64,000 nt of DNA from an uncultured Collinsella sp. (GCA_958423535.1 CATZRJ010000002.1:11987-75986), one strand, 5' to 3'. Counted from the stretch's first letter, positions 1 to 12,312 are shown. Made by a program: numbers and translations. The notes: generated from the sequence alone by a model not told the origin.

Positions 1-32
1 ATAGAACGAATTTGTCAAATAGGCAGGTATCA

Positions 33-995
33 TCACGATTTTCTCAAGATGTTCGTAATCCAGAGCAAAAGCGCGGTCTCCGAATCGGCCGAACCCTTCA
101 ATGCGAGCTCCACATCGACCGCGCCCTCGAGCGCGGCAACGAGCTCGGTCATCGAAAAACGACGCGCCCAGGTCAGGTGATTCTTGACCTGCCAAGACTG
201 GAGCTTGAGCGTCGCGGCAAGCTCGCGGCCCTGTCCACGCGCATCGAGTGCCTTGGCGACGATAAGCTCGCGAATGCGTCCGCACAGCAGCGTGTAGGTC
301 CACACATAGCTCTTGGTGGGTAGCAGCCCAAAGAGCTCAAGCGAGCGGCGCATATCACGAGCCGAGACCGCGTTGAGAAAATCCCAGGGCTGGACTTCGG
401 CCGTGCGCACGATCCAGCGTTCCACATCGGCAAGCTCAATTTGCGGCGCCTCGACCATCTGGGCAAGCTTGGCCAAGTCGTTATCGAGCATGCGAGTGTT
501 CTCACCCGAGCGCGAAACGAGCTCCTCGGCGGCCGCCGTCGAGATGGACTTTCCGTGCTGCGTCGCCATCTGCTGCACGCGGCGCGGGAGCTCCCAGCGC
601 TTGGTGCCCGAACAGTCGATCACGGCCTTCTTGTCAATCTTGGCGATTGCCTTGTACAGGCGCGTGTTCTTGGCAAGCGAATCGGCGATGATGAGGCAAA
701 CCGTCGTGGGGCTGGGACTCGCCAGATACTCAACAAGCGGCTCGGAGATCGCTTTGACGAGTTTTGAGCAGCCGTCAAGGATTACCAGGCGAAACTCGCT
801 GCCCATGGGAAAGGTGTTAAGCGACCCGATAATCGACTCGATATCGGGGTCTTTGGTCATATCGCGCTCGTCGAGGTTGAACTCGACCATGCCCGTCTTT
901 TCCAGACGAGCCTTCATACGCGAGACGGCGTGGTCGCGTTTGACTCCGTCGGTACCGACGATCAGATACGCCGGCAAAAGACCGGTTTCGGACAT
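33..995 (-). CDS. holA: DNA polymerase III delta subunit
   Basis: YLIVG..., LNTFPMGSEFRLVIL and helical C-terminus typical of HolA; follows comEC; GGGAGGGG SD before ATG at 995. Confidence 0.9.
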   Translation of the reverse strand: MSETGLLPAYLIVGTDGVKRDHAVSRMKARLEKTGMVEFNLDERDMTKDPDIESIIGSLNTFPMGSEFRLVILDGCSKLVKAISEPLVEYLASPSPTTVCLIIADSLAKNTRLYKAIAKIDKKAVIDCSGTKRWELPRRVQQMATQHGKSISTAAAEELVSRSGENTRMLDNDLAKLAQMVEAPQIELADVERWIVRTAEVQPWDFLNAVSARDMRRSLELFGLLPTKSYVWTYTLLCGRIRELIVAKALDARGQGRELAATLKLQSWQVKNHLTWARRFSMTELVAALEGAVDVELALKGSADSETALLLWITNILRKS

Positions 996-1035
996 CGCGC
1001 TCCCCTCCCGCAGGCTCTCGTGCTCGTACCGTGTC

Positions 1036-1065
1036 ATTCTATCCCACGGGTTGGTCCCACGCCAA
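1036..1065 (-). promoter_or_regulatory. putative sigma70-type promoter for holA
   Basis: TTGGCG-N18-TAGAAT on minus strand between comEC and holA. Confidence 0.45.
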
Positions 1066-1073
1066 CGGCAGCA

Positions 1074-3377
1074 TCAAGGTCGCTGACATCGCATGGCAAA
1101 ACCGGTTGCAGTCGGCGAGACAGTGATATCTCCCTGTTCGATGGTGCATGCGAACGCGCCACCCGCATCGCGAACGGCATCGATGCAGGCATCGGATGGA
1201 TGACCGTAGCGGTTGCCCTCGCCCGCACTCGCGATAGAGAGCTCGGGCTTAAGCGTTTCCAGTAGGTCAGTGTCGACGGAAACTTTTGAGCCGTGATGCC
1301 CCAGCTTGAGCACATCGATATCGCCCACCGCCTGCACAAACTCGCGCTCCTGATCGAGCTCGGCATCACCGGTGAGGAGCACGCGCAGGCTCTTGCCTTC
1401 CTGAGCATAGGAGAGCAGCAAGACAAGCGAGTCCTCATTGCCCTCGCCATCCACCGTGTCAAACGGCCACATCACACGAGCCCGAAATGCGCCGATATCG
1501 ACCGTGTCTCCGCGGGCCACCTGCCGATACGTAACGCCGGGGCGATTCAGAACCTCAGCAGGCGCGCCTTCTAGCGCATCGGCCGCGACCGCAATGGTTC
1601 CAACCGAAAACTGATCGAGCACATCGGGAAGACCACCCCAATGGTCTTCGTCCCAATGCGTCACGAAGACGGCGTCGATATGGTGGACATTGTTGCGAAC
1701 CAACGCCGACACCACGCGCTCATCGAGCCCACAGTCGACGAGCGCTACGGTGCCACCCTGACGAACCAGAATCGCATCGGCCTGGCCAACATCGAGGACC
1801 GTTACCGAAGGCGGTGCGCATCGATCCCAATAGACATACGGAACACCCGCTGCAAGCATCAAACACAACAGCCCCACTGCCATGGGCCGTGCACAGGGGC
1901 GTGGCCACCAGACCAAGAGGACGGCCAGCGCAAACGGCACCACGTATACCAAGGGTGTACCGGGCGGCACGCTTGCGGATGCGCCCGGAACGGCAGCAAA
2001 GAGCTGCTCAAAGAACAGGGCGCAGCGAGCGACAATCATGGGCACCACGAGCGCCCCGTGACGCAACAGCGGCACAAGCGAGCAGGGCACCAGCACAATC
2101 GATATAGCGAGCAGCACGCTTATCACCGGACCGATCACGGCATTTGCGAGCGGGGCAATGAGCGAAAACGTCTCAAATGCGGGAATCGTAACGGGAAGTG
2201 TCGCCAGCTGCGAGCACAGCGTGACAGACAAAATACTGGCGACGCCCGATGGCACACCCAGCTCGCCCAAGGCGTAGGTGGCGTAGGGGCAAAAACAAAG
2301 GATGGCAAAAACACTGGCGCACGAAAGCTGAAAACCCATTTCGAACAATACCGTCGGCCGCAGCAACACAAAAATTGCCATGGTCAAAAATAGAGCCGAG
2401 AGGCCATGCCGACGACGTCCGGCGCCGTTGGCGACAAGCGTCACCGCCACCATACAGCACGCGCGCACGGCCGAGGGCGAGGCGCCCGTAAAGACGGAAT
2501 AGGCAGCAAGGGCCAGAACCAGCAACCCCCGCTGCAGCCCACGAGAGAGATGCGTCTTTTGCAGGGCGCTCTCAATCACAAACCCCACAATGGCAAGATG
2601 ACTGCCCGAAACGGCGATAAGATGTGCGGTGCCCGTTACCGAAAACCAATCGCCCGCCGGCTGGGCACGCAGCTCGGACGAGCGTCCGCAGACAACGCCG
2701 GCAATGAGCGAGCACGCCGAATCGGTCGCGGGCGCGATAACGGCAAGGAGCTCGTTTCGTAGCCGAAGCAACGGCCCTGGAGAGCCCTCGTCGACCGATA
2801 CCAACCGGACGACTTTAACCTTTCGAAGCTCGCCCCGAAGCACGCGTGAGCGCCCATACGCATCATTCTCAAACCGCGAAATTCGACCGATAGCACGTAC
2901 ATGCGAACCGGCGTCGAGTTCATGATCACACGACAGCCGTACCTGACCCAAGCGCTTTTCGCCCGCATACGCATCGCAGGTATAGGAGTACGAACCGTCA
3001 TTGATGGACGGATCGCCCTGCACATAAAATTCGAGACTGCTCGCAGCCCGATTATCCAATGCCCTCGAAGCGCGCAGCGCCCCTATCGCCCAACCAGCGG
3101 ACACGACCGCCCCCGCCACGAGGCCGAGAGCCGCGGCATACAGCCATCGCTTCCATCGCACAAGACGCATGCAGGACCGAGCCAATACGATGCACGCCGC
3201 AGCCGCAACGGGAATGGCCATAAGCAATATAACGGGCGCTGCCCGCTCTCCCAGCAGCACATCGGCTGCCACATTAAGCACCAAGCCACAGCTCGCACAC
3301 AAACCGGCACAAAGGACCATCGTCCACGGCATCAAGGGCCGCGGTGGCATCACATGCTCGCGCTCGGTCGCACTCAT
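1074..3377 (-). CDS. comEC: DNA uptake channel ComEC/Rec2
   Basis: TM helices, OB-like region, HLIAVSGSH competence motif, C-terminal metallo-beta-lactamase fold (THWDEDH, GHHGS, YGHP); ATGA overlap with comEA stop. Confidence 0.93.
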   Translation of the reverse strand: MSATEREHVMPPRPLMPWTMVLCAGLCASCGLVLNVAADVLLGERAAPVILLMAIPVAAAACIVLARSCMRLVRWKRWLYAAALGLVAGAVVSAGWAIGALRASRALDNRAASSLEFYVQGDPSINDGSYSYTCDAYAGEKRLGQVRLSCDHELDAGSHVRAIGRISRFENDAYGRSRVLRGELRKVKVVRLVSVDEGSPGPLLRLRNELLAVIAPATDSACSLIAGVVCGRSSELRAQPAGDWFSVTGTAHLIAVSGSHLAIVGFVIESALQKTHLSRGLQRGLLVLALAAYSVFTGASPSAVRACCMVAVTLVANGAGRRRHGLSALFLTMAIFVLLRPTVLFEMGFQLSCASVFAILCFCPYATYALGELGVPSGVASILSVTLCSQLATLPVTIPAFETFSLIAPLANAVIGPVISVLLAISIVLVPCSLVPLLRHGALVVPMIVARCALFFEQLFAAVPGASASVPPGTPLVYVVPFALAVLLVWWPRPCARPMAVGLLCLMLAAGVPYVYWDRCAPPSVTVLDVGQADAILVRQGGTVALVDCGLDERVVSALVRNNVHHIDAVFVTHWDEDHWGGLPDVLDQFSVGTIAVAADALEGAPAEVLNRPGVTYRQVARGDTVDIGAFRARVMWPFDTVDGEGNEDSLVLLLSYAQEGKSLRVLLTGDAELDQEREFVQAVGDIDVLKLGHHGSKVSVDTDLLETLKPELSIASAGEGNRYGHPSDACIDAVRDAGGAFACTIEQGDITVSPTATGFAMRCQRP

Positions 3378-4084
3378 ACGCAGATGCAATCTTTGATTTT
3401 GGCGAGCTTCTTCTCACCGATCCCCGATACGCGCATAAGGTCATCAACCGAGGCAAAGGCCCCGTTTTGCGTCCGTTCGTCGATAATTGACTGGGCCATA
3501 GAAGGCCCGATGCCCGAAAGCGTCTGCAGCTCCGCCGCACTTGCCGTATTGATGTTCACGAGCCCCGACGAAGACCCCGCACCAGGAGTCGTGGCAGCAC
3601 CGCTTTCGGCCCCGCCGACCGCCACAGCCGCTTGTTGCTCCCCCACCGTCGGCACATAGATCTTTTGACCATCTGTGATCTTGGACGCACGATTAAGCCC
3701 TGTCACATCCGCCTCGGCCGTAAGCCCTCCGGCAGCATCGATTGCCTGGGATACCCGCGCTCCGCCTTTGAGCCGGTACACGCCAGGCCTCACAACGGCG
3801 CCATCCACATCGACGTACACCTCGGCGGCAGAAGAACTCTTGGCAGACGACTCATCGGCATCATCAGGTGACACATCCCCGTCCCCTCGCACATCCGAGG
3901 CGCCTGCCTCGTCACTACGCTCAAACGACACGTTGCTGGAATGGCCACCAAAATTTGCCATCGCCAGGCCACTCGCAGCGGCAATGGCAACCAGAATCGC
4001 CACGACCACCGCCTTATGGCCGAGCAGCTTTTCTGCCCAGCGGTCCATCCGTTTAACCCGTTCGTGTTGCTCGCGCTGCGCCAT
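3374..4084 (-). CDS. comEA: competence DNA receptor ComEA
   Basis: N-terminal TM, SLBB (VDVDGAVVRPGVY), C-terminal HhH (VNINTASAAELQTLSGIGP); GGAGG SD before ATG at 4084. Confidence 0.93.
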   Translation of the reverse strand: MAQREQHERVKRMDRWAEKLLGHKAVVVAILVAIAAASGLAMANFGGHSSNVSFERSDEAGASDVRGDGDVSPDDADESSAKSSSAAEVYVDVDGAVVRPGVYRLKGGARVSQAIDAAGGLTAEADVTGLNRASKITDGQKIYVPTVGEQQAAVAVGGAESGAATTPGAGSSSGLVNINTASAAELQTLSGIGPSMAQSIIDERTQNGAFASVDDLMRVSGIGEKKLAKIKDCICV

Positions 4085-4163
4085 AGCAAACACCTCCCAA
4101 CACCATCGTGTCAGGAAACGAGCGCCGCAGACTCCGCACGCCCACACCAGTTTCCACGGTCAA

Positions 4164-4180
4164 ACCAAAAGCTGACCAAA
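4164..4180 (-). promoter_or_regulatory. putative competence-regulon box TTTGGTCAGCTTTTGGT (copy 1)
   Basis: 17/17 identical to 32502-32518; same orientation and similar distance to the start codon. Confidence 0.65.
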
Positions 4181-4252
4181 ACCTTGCTGAAAAGTGTCCA
4201 TTTATTCAGGCAGACGTCGACAGATGAACCGTTTGTCGCCTAATGCCCAGAT

Positions 4253-4288
4253 AAAAAAAGACCGACGATGCAAAATCACCGCCGGTCT
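4253..4288 (-). terminator. intrinsic terminator after thiI
   Basis: AGACCGGCGG...TCGTCGGTCT hairpin followed by T-run on minus strand; insulates comEA from read-through. Confidence 0.7.
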
Positions 4289-4298
4289 ATACACAATA

Positions 4299-5543
4299 TT
4301 ATTCGTGATCTTGGTAAATCTCACGTGGAGCGAGCTCGGAATGTTTGCGTTTTAAGGTCTTAGGGGCCTTATACGTGTTGCTCTCGAAGTCAATATACTC
4401 GGTCTGTTTGAGCAAACGCTCAATCATCTCCTCGTGATCGAACAGCTCCCACGCCTCAAGCACGGCATCGAGTTTAGCGTGCGTCTCGGGACGGCGCGGC
4501 ATAAACAGCGTGCAGCAATCGGGAGCAGCCTCGGTCGAGATATCAAACGTGCCGATCTCCTGGGCACGCGCGATGATCTCCTGCTTATCAGAACCAATGA
4601 GCGGACGGAACACGGGAATCTTCACGGCCTCGTTGACGGCCATGATGTTCTCAAGCGTCTGGGAGGCAACCTGACCAAGCGACTCGCCCGTCACAATGGC
4701 CTTGGCGCCCTCGATATGCGCGATGCGCTCGGCAACCGAATACATAATGCGGCGATACATGATCACACGCAGGTTGCTGGGGCAGGTGACCGAAATCTCA
4801 CGCTGGCAGTCGCCAAACGGCACCACATACAGGCGGCCGATCTGGACACCCGGCTCAAGCGCACGGATGATGTCCTGCACCAAATACTCGCTCGTATCGG
4901 GTGTCTGCGGACGACCGGAGAAATGTACCGGCACGCACACCGCGCCGCGACGCGCGAGCATCCAGGTCGCCACCGGGGAATCGATACCCGACGACAGCAG
5001 CGTCACGACCTTGCCGGCAGACCCCACCGGAAGGCCACCCACACCGCGCTCAGAGCGCGCATACACATAGACGCTACCCTGGACCACCAGCACGTGCACC
5101 ATCGCGTCGGGGTCGTGCATCTGGACCTTTTTATCGGGAAACGCCTCGCACAGCACCTCGCCTACCTGCCGATTGATATCAATCGAGGTGAGCTCATAGT
5201 CGGTGTTCGAACGCTTGGCGTGAACCTTAAACGACTCGAAGGGACCAAACTCGCGCAGCGCCTTCACGGCGGCGGCGCAGTACTCCTGCGGGTCGCGGTT
5301 CGTGTGATATGCCAGGGACACGCGGGCAACGCCGGGGACGGTGCGAATGACGCGCGCCGCCTCGTCGGCCTGATGCTCGTTAAAGGTCACGAGGATATAA
5401 CCGGAAATTCGAGACACGGCATTCACGGAAAAGGCGGCCAAGGCCGCCTTGATGTTATCCATGAGGATATGCTCAAAATGTGCGCGGTTCTTGCCCTTCA
5501 GTCCAACCTCGTGATAGTGGACCAGGCAGACGCGGGCTGCCAT
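4299..5543 (-). CDS. thiI: tRNA 4-thiouridine synthase ThiI
   Basis: HYHEVGLKGKNR, THUMP domain, SSGIDSPVA PP-loop, TGESLGQVASQT, DCC. Confidence 0.93.
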   Translation of the reverse strand: MAARVCLVHYHEVGLKGKNRAHFEHILMDNIKAALAAFSVNAVSRISGYILVTFNEHQADEAARVIRTVPGVARVSLAYHTNRDPQEYCAAAVKALREFGPFESFKVHAKRSNTDYELTSIDINRQVGEVLCEAFPDKKVQMHDPDAMVHVLVVQGSVYVYARSERGVGGLPVGSAGKVVTLLSSGIDSPVATWMLARRGAVCVPVHFSGRPQTPDTSEYLVQDIIRALEPGVQIGRLYVVPFGDCQREISVTCPSNLRVIMYRRIMYSVAERIAHIEGAKAIVTGESLGQVASQTLENIMAVNEAVKIPVFRPLIGSDKQEIIARAQEIGTFDISTEAAPDCCTLFMPRRPETHAKLDAVLEAWELFDHEEMIERLLKQTEYIDFESNTYKAPKTLKRKHSELAPREIYQDHE

Positions 5544-5825
5544 TTAGGCTTCAGCAACCTTGTGGCCGAGCGCCTTCTCGTAACGGGCCTCGTCGTAGGA
5601 GATATCGCCGTCGACAATCTCGTCCATAGCCATCGAGATGGTATCGGCGCCGGAGAGCGCAATGGTGATGTCGTCGACATCCTGGACGGCGAGCACACGG
5701 TTGTGCTGGCCACGCAGCATGCTGTTAATGTCGCAGGCGCGCTTAGAGGCAAGCGAGGCGAGCAGGAAGCGGTTGTGATCGGTCTTCTCCAGAAGATCGT
5801 CAATGCAAGGCTTTACAACGGACAC
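5544..5825 (-). CDS. rpoZ: RNA polymerase omega subunit
   Basis: P.IDDLL..NRF.L...ASKRA pattern; directly after gmk. Confidence 0.88.
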   Translation of the reverse strand: MSVVKPCIDDLLEKTDHNRFLLASLASKRACDINSMLRGQHNRVLAVQDVDDITIALSGADTISMAMDEIVDGDISYDEARYEKALGHKVAEA

Positions 5826-5830
5826 GGACC

Positions 5831-6400
5831 TCAGATCCTTTCATGCATATCGAGAACGCGAACGAGCTCATCGGTCGCGCGGTCGAGATCGTCATTCACC
5901 ACGACGTCGTCGTAGCGGTCGGCAAGGGCAAGTTCATCGGCGGCGTTTGCCATACGCAGCTCAATCGTCTCGGGCGTCTCGGTACCGCGACCGACCAGGC
6001 GATCGCGAAGCACCTCGAGCGAAGGCGGCTTGATAAAGATCAACACGGCCTCGGGGAAACGCTCCTTGACCTGCAGGGCGCCCTGGACATCAATCTCCAA
6101 GATCAGAGACGAGCCAGAGGCGAGCTTGGATGTGACCTCGCTCACCAACGTGCCGTAGCAGTTGCCGTGGACCTCAGCCCACTCAACAAACTCACCGTTT
6201 GCCACGCGGCGGTCGAACTCCTCGTGCGTCAGGAAAAAGTAGTTGACGCCGTCGACCTCACCTTTGCGTGGTGCTCGAGTGGTAGCCGAAACCGTCAGGC
6301 CCAGGTTCGAGCGACGCTCGCGCACACGAGTGACGAGCGTGCCCTTGCCTGCACCTGACGGTCCAGAAATCACAAAGAGCTTTGAATCCTGAGCGCTCAC
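5831..6400 (-). CDS. gmk: guanylate kinase
   Basis: GPSGAGKGT, SATTRAPRKGEVDG, YGT, LEIDVQG. Confidence 0.96.
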   Translation of the reverse strand: MSAQDSKLFVISGPSGAGKGTLVTRVRERRSNLGLTVSATTRAPRKGEVDGVNYFFLTHEEFDRRVANGEFVEWAEVHGNCYGTLVSEVTSKLASGSSLILEIDVQGALQVKERFPEAVLIFIKPPSLEVLRDRLVGRGTETPETIELRMANAADELALADRYDDVVVNDDLDRATDELVRVLDMHERI

Positions 6401-6709
6401 TTATTTGGTCAGCTGCTCGAGAAGCTGCTCGCGCTGACGGACGCCGAGGCCCTGGACGCGACGGGTAGCGGAGATGCCGAGCTCCTCCATGATCTTGGCG
6501 GCCTTGGCCTTGCCATAACCGGGCAGAGACTCGATGAGGGTGGAAACCTTCATGCGGGAAGCGATGGGGTCATCGGAGTTGAGCACGGACTCGAGGGACT
6601 TCTCGCCCTTCTTGATCTGCTCGCGAAGCTCAGCGCGAGCGTGACGTGCGGCGGCAGCCTTCTCAAGAGCCTGCTTGCGCTGCTCGTCGGTAAGCTGAGG
6701 GAGTGCCAT
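6401..6709 (-). CDS. mihF: actinobacterial integration host factor (mIHF)
   Basis: MALPQLTDEQR..ALEKA..AR, SLPGYGKAKA, RRVQGLG; located between pyrF and gmk. Confidence 0.93.
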   Translation of the reverse strand: MALPQLTDEQRKQALEKAAAARHARAELREQIKKGEKSLESVLNSDDPIASRMKVSTLIESLPGYGKAKAAKIMEELGISATRRVQGLGVRQREQLLEQLTK

Positions 6710-6949
6710 TCGAACCTCCAAATAGTTGGGTTATATCTGATTCAATAATTGGCATTTTAGCACGTCAAACGCACTAAATGCCCAATCGACGGCTCCATAG
6801 CTTAGACGATACCTGCGAAAAGTGCAATATACGGAGGTCAAAGTTAAGCCCCTGACCTGCGATTCCACACAAAGGATGGGAAAGTTTTCGCAGGCACAGG
6901 GGCTAATTTGTGTTAATGAGACCCAAAAGTGGTGACTTGAGGGAATCTA

Positions 6950-7666
6950 TTAGGCGACGTTTTCGACCAGCTCGGCAACGATGGCGTCAAATGCGGCAAC
7001 CGGGTCGTCGGCACCGGTGATGGGTCGGCCCACCACGATGTGGCTCGCACCGCGCTCGATAGCCTGGGAGGGCGTCGCCACGCGGGATTGATCGCCCAAG
7101 GCGGCGCCAACCGGACGCACGCCCGGAGTCACGATCAGCGCGTCGGGGCCGAGCAGCTCGCGCATGTCATGGGCCTCCATCGGCGAGCACACGATGCCGT
7201 CGATGCCGTTGGCCTGGGCAAGCTTTGCCAGGCGGGCAGCCTCCTCGGCCACTGGCGAGACGACGCCGATCTCGGCCAGCGAATCCTGATTCATGCTCGT
7301 GAGCACGGTGATGGCAACGAGCTTGGCGCGGTCCTCGCGCGCCTCCTCGGCACCCTCACGGCACGCAGCGAGCATAGCACCTGAGCCCAGACCGTGGACC
7401 GAAAGCAGGTCGGCGCCGGCAAGCGAGGCAGAACGGGCGGCACCGCGCACCTGATGCGGAATGTCATGGAACTTGAGATCGAGGAAGACCTTAAAGCCCA
7501 GGTCCTTGAACGTCTTGACGATCTCGGGACCCTCAGCGTAATAGAGCGTCATGCCAACCTTAAGCCAAGCGGCGTGACCAGAAAGCTCGTGGGCGAGCTC
7601 GAGCGCACGCTCACGGTCACAGTCGAGGGCGACGATAACGCGGTCGCGGGCATCGGTCTCTAGCAT
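6950..7666 (-). CDS. pyrF: orotidine-5'-phosphate decarboxylase
   Basis: IVALD, FLDLKFHDIP, VTPGVRP, VVGRPIT. Confidence 0.96.
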   Translation of the reverse strand: MLETDARDRVIVALDCDRERALELAHELSGHAAWLKVGMTLYYAEGPEIVKTFKDLGFKVFLDLKFHDIPHQVRGAARSASLAGADLLSVHGLGSGAMLAACREGAEEAREDRAKLVAITVLTSMNQDSLAEIGVVSPVAEEAARLAKLAQANGIDGIVCSPMEAHDMRELLGPDALIVTPGVRPVGAALGDQSRVATPSQAIERGASHIVVGRPITGADDPVAAFDAIVAELVENVA

Positions 7667-8583
7667 TCGAAAGAACCTACCAGCTCGTTGATGTCCTTCA
7701 CGCCCTGGGACTCCGCCCAGGCCTCGAGCTCACGTGCGATCTTAATCGAAGCGCACGGATCGACGAAGTTGGCCATGCCGACCGACACGCAGGTGGCGCC
7801 GGCCAGGATAAACTCGGCCGCATCTTCGCCCGTCATGACGCCACCGACACCGTTGATGGGGATATCGACGGCCTGAGCGACCTCCCAGACCATGCGCACG
7901 GCGATGTGGTGGCACAGCGGGCCCGAAAGGCCGCCCTTGGGCTTGGCCACGCGGGACTTGCGGGTGTGAACGTCGATGGCCATGCCCTGGATAGAGTTGA
8001 TGACCGAAAGGCCGTCGGCGCCGGCGGCCTCGAGAGCCTTCGCAATCTCGGCGACGTTAACCGGAGCCATCTTTACGAACAGCGGCTTATCGGTCACCTT
8101 ACGGCAGGCAGCCATAACGGCAGAGGCGCCCTCGGGCGAGGAGCCCATGGCGGCACCGCCGGCGGCGATATTGGGGCAGCTCACGTTGATCTCGTAGCCG
8201 GCAGCCCAGGGGCACAGCTCGACATACATCTCGAGCGCGCGGACAAACTCCTCGACGGAGTGACCGGCGACCTGGCAGATGACCTGGCAACCGTCCTTGG
8301 AGAGCTGCTCGAGCCACGGACCGGACTCACGGGCAAAGGCAGCCACGCCGGGGTTCTGAAGGCCCACGGAGTTGATCATGCCGCCCGGGATCTCAGCCAT
8401 GCGGGGCGCGGGGTTGCCGGGCCAGGGCTCGGCAGCACAACCCTTGGTGGTGATGGCGCCCAGCTGGGAGACATCGAAGAAGTTCTGGAACTGCCAACCG
8501 TAGCCAAAGGTACCGGCTGCGGTGTTGATGGGGTTTTGCATCTTGACGCCGCCGAAATCGACGGCCATGTTCACAGTACCCAC
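7660..8583 (-). CDS. pyrD: dihydroorotate dehydrogenase 1B catalytic subunit
   Basis: AAGTFGYG, NSVGLQNPG, INVSCPN, GGLSG; GTG start overlapping pyrK TAG. Confidence 0.94.
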   Translation of the reverse strand: MGTVNMAVDFGGVKMQNPINTAAGTFGYGWQFQNFFDVSQLGAITTKGCAAEPWPGNPAPRMAEIPGGMINSVGLQNPGVAAFARESGPWLEQLSKDGCQVICQVAGHSVEEFVRALEMYVELCPWAAGYEINVSCPNIAAGGAAMGSSPEGASAVMAACRKVTDKPLFVKMAPVNVAEIAKALEAAGADGLSVINSIQGMAIDVHTRKSRVAKPKGGLSGPLCHHIAVRMVWEVAQAVDIPINGVGGVMTGEDAAEFILAGATCVSVGMANFVDPCASIKIARELEAWAESQGVKDINELVGSFEC

Positions 8584-9374
8584 TAGAAGACCACCACCTT
8601 GGAAGCATCGAACACGGGGCCGCACATGCAGGCGCCCTTCATACCGTCGACCGTCTCGACATTGCAGGTGTTGCAGGCGCCAAAGCCACAGCTCATCATG
8701 CGCTCGAGCGACACCTCGCAGTACGCACCGGCCTCGGCGGCAGCGGCGGCGACTTTCTTCATCATGACGGCGGGACCGCAGCTGACCACGTAGTCGTAGC
8801 CGCCCTCGCCGAGCAGCTCGGCGGCAGGATCGGTGCAAAAACCGTGCGTGCCGAGCGAGCCGTCGTCGGTGCAAACGTCGACCGTATCGCACAGAGCGCG
8901 GAACTCATCGATACCCACAGCCTTGGACGCGGTGCCAAAGCCCAGGCACACGTCGACGGCCACACCCTGCTCGGCAAGCTTACCGGCAAGGCACAGCACG
9001 GGCGGAACACCGATGCCGCCCGCAACGAGCAGCGCTTTCCTGGTGCCCTCGGGCACAAGCCAGCCGCGTCCGCCGGGGCCCAGCAGATTAGAGGTGGAAC
9101 CGGGGGCCATCTGCGACAGACGACGGGTGTCGTCGCCCACGACGGCGTACCACAGCTCGACGGTGCCGGCCTGGGCGTCGGCGCGATAGAAGCTCAGGGG
9201 CACGCGAAGCAGCGAGGACGCATCACCGGGCACGGCGATGTTCACAAACTGACCGGGCTTGAGCGCACTTGCAAGCTTGGGGGCCGAGATGACGAGCGAG
9301 AAGATGCCGTCGGCAATCTCCCGGTTCGAGACGACCTCAAAGTCGTGCATGCGTGCAGTGGAAGGTGTGGGCAT
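8583..9374 (-). CDS. pyrK: dihydroorotate dehydrogenase electron transfer subunit
   Basis: PGQFV, AGGIGVPP, SCGP, MSCGFGACNTC...C 2Fe-2S motif. Confidence 0.94.
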   Translation of the reverse strand: MPTPSTARMHDFEVVSNREIADGIFSLVISAPKLASALKPGQFVNIAVPGDASSLLRVPLSFYRADAQAGTVELWYAVVGDDTRRLSQMAPGSTSNLLGPGGRGWLVPEGTRKALLVAGGIGVPPVLCLAGKLAEQGVAVDVCLGFGTASKAVGIDEFRALCDTVDVCTDDGSLGTHGFCTDPAAELLGEGGYDYVVSCGPAVMMKKVAAAAAEAGAYCEVSLERMMSCGFGACNTCNVETVDGMKGACMCGPVFDASKVVVF

Positions 9375-9466
9375 AGACGCTCCAATCCCCCATGCGGTTG
9401 CATGGTCAAAACGAACAGAAAGCGCGGCACCGCAAGGGCACCGCGCACAAAAGCGATAAGGCTATG

Positions 9467-10739
9467 CTAGCAGATGCAGCCGTCGGCGAGCGTCTGCTTA
9501 CCGCCGACAAACACATCGGTGGCACGACCAGTGAGCGTGCGGCCGGCAAAACCGGAGTTCTCGGCACGCGACTCGTATCCATCCTCGCCGACCGTCCAGG
9601 TGGCGGACGCGTCGAACACGGTCAGGTCGGCAACGGAGCCCGCCTTGACCTGAACCTGGTCGAGGCCCAGGATCTCACGCGGCTTGATGGCCATGAGCTC
9701 GACCATGCGGCCCATACTCATCTTGCCCGTGTTGACCAGCTCGGTGAGTACGAGCGACAGCGAGGTCTCGAGGCCGATCATGCCAAAGGGCGCAAGCTCG
9801 AACTCGCGCGCCTTCTCCCACGGGGTGTGGGGAGCGTGATCGGTGACGATAGCGTCGACGGTGCCGTCGATGACGCCCTGACGGATGGCCTCGGCGTCCT
9901 CGTCGGTGCGCAGCGGCGGGTTGACCTTGAGCGAGGTGTTGTAGGTCTCGTCCAGGTCGTTCTCGGTCAGGAACATGTGGTGCGGAGTAGCCTCGCAGGT
10001 AACCTGAACGCCAGCGGCCTTACCGGCACGCACGATCTCCAGGCCATGGGCGGTGGAGATGTGCTGAATGTGCAGCTTGGCACCGGTCAGCTTGGCGATC
10101 TCGATGTCGCGGGCGATCTGGAGCTCCTCGCCGGCAGCCGGCCAGCCCTCGAGAGCCAGACGGGTCGAGACCTTGCCCTCGTTGATCTGGCCGTGGCCGA
10201 CCAGGTCCTCGTCCTGGCAGTGGCTCATAAAGACCTTGCCGAACATCTTGCCGTAGTCCATGCAGCGACGGAGCATGCCCGCGCCCTGCACGCCGCGACC
10301 GTCGTCGGTGAAGGCGACGGCGCCGTGGGCGACCATATCACCCATCTCGGACATGGCCTCGCCCTTAAGACCGCGGGTCATGGCGCCCGACGGATAGACG
10401 CGGCAGTGACCGACCTCGGCAGCACGGGACTTAACGAACTCCACGACGGTGCCGTTATCGGTGACGGGATCGGTGTTGGGCATGGCGCACACGCCGGTAA
10501 AGCCGCCCTTGGCAGCAGCGCGGGTGCCGCTCTCGATGTCCTCTTTGACCTCGTAGCCGGGCTCACGAAGGTGAACGTGCATATCCACCAGGCCGGGGAC
10601 GAGGTACTTGCCGGAAAGGTCGCGGACCTCGGCTCCCTCGACGGCGAGATTCTCGCCGACCTCGGCGATCTTATCGCCGTCAATCAGGACGTCAACGACA
10701 CCGTCAAGCTCGACGGACGGGTCGACGACGTGGGCATTC

Positions 10740-10756
<17 letters not shown>
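9467..10756 (-). CDS. pyrC: dihydroorotase
   Basis: PGLVDMHVHLREPG, KVNPPLR, TDHAPH; GGAGG SD before ATG at 10756. Confidence 0.95.
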
Positions 10757-12285
<1,529 letters not shown>

Positions 12286-12312
12286 TCACATGTCTTGACT
12301 GCTGACACAGTC

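Noticed and set aside
6404..6414. TTTGGTCAGCT, an 11-bp partial match to the competence box
   Set aside because: Lies within the last codons of mIHF, in the opposite orientation, and lacks the second TTTGGT half.
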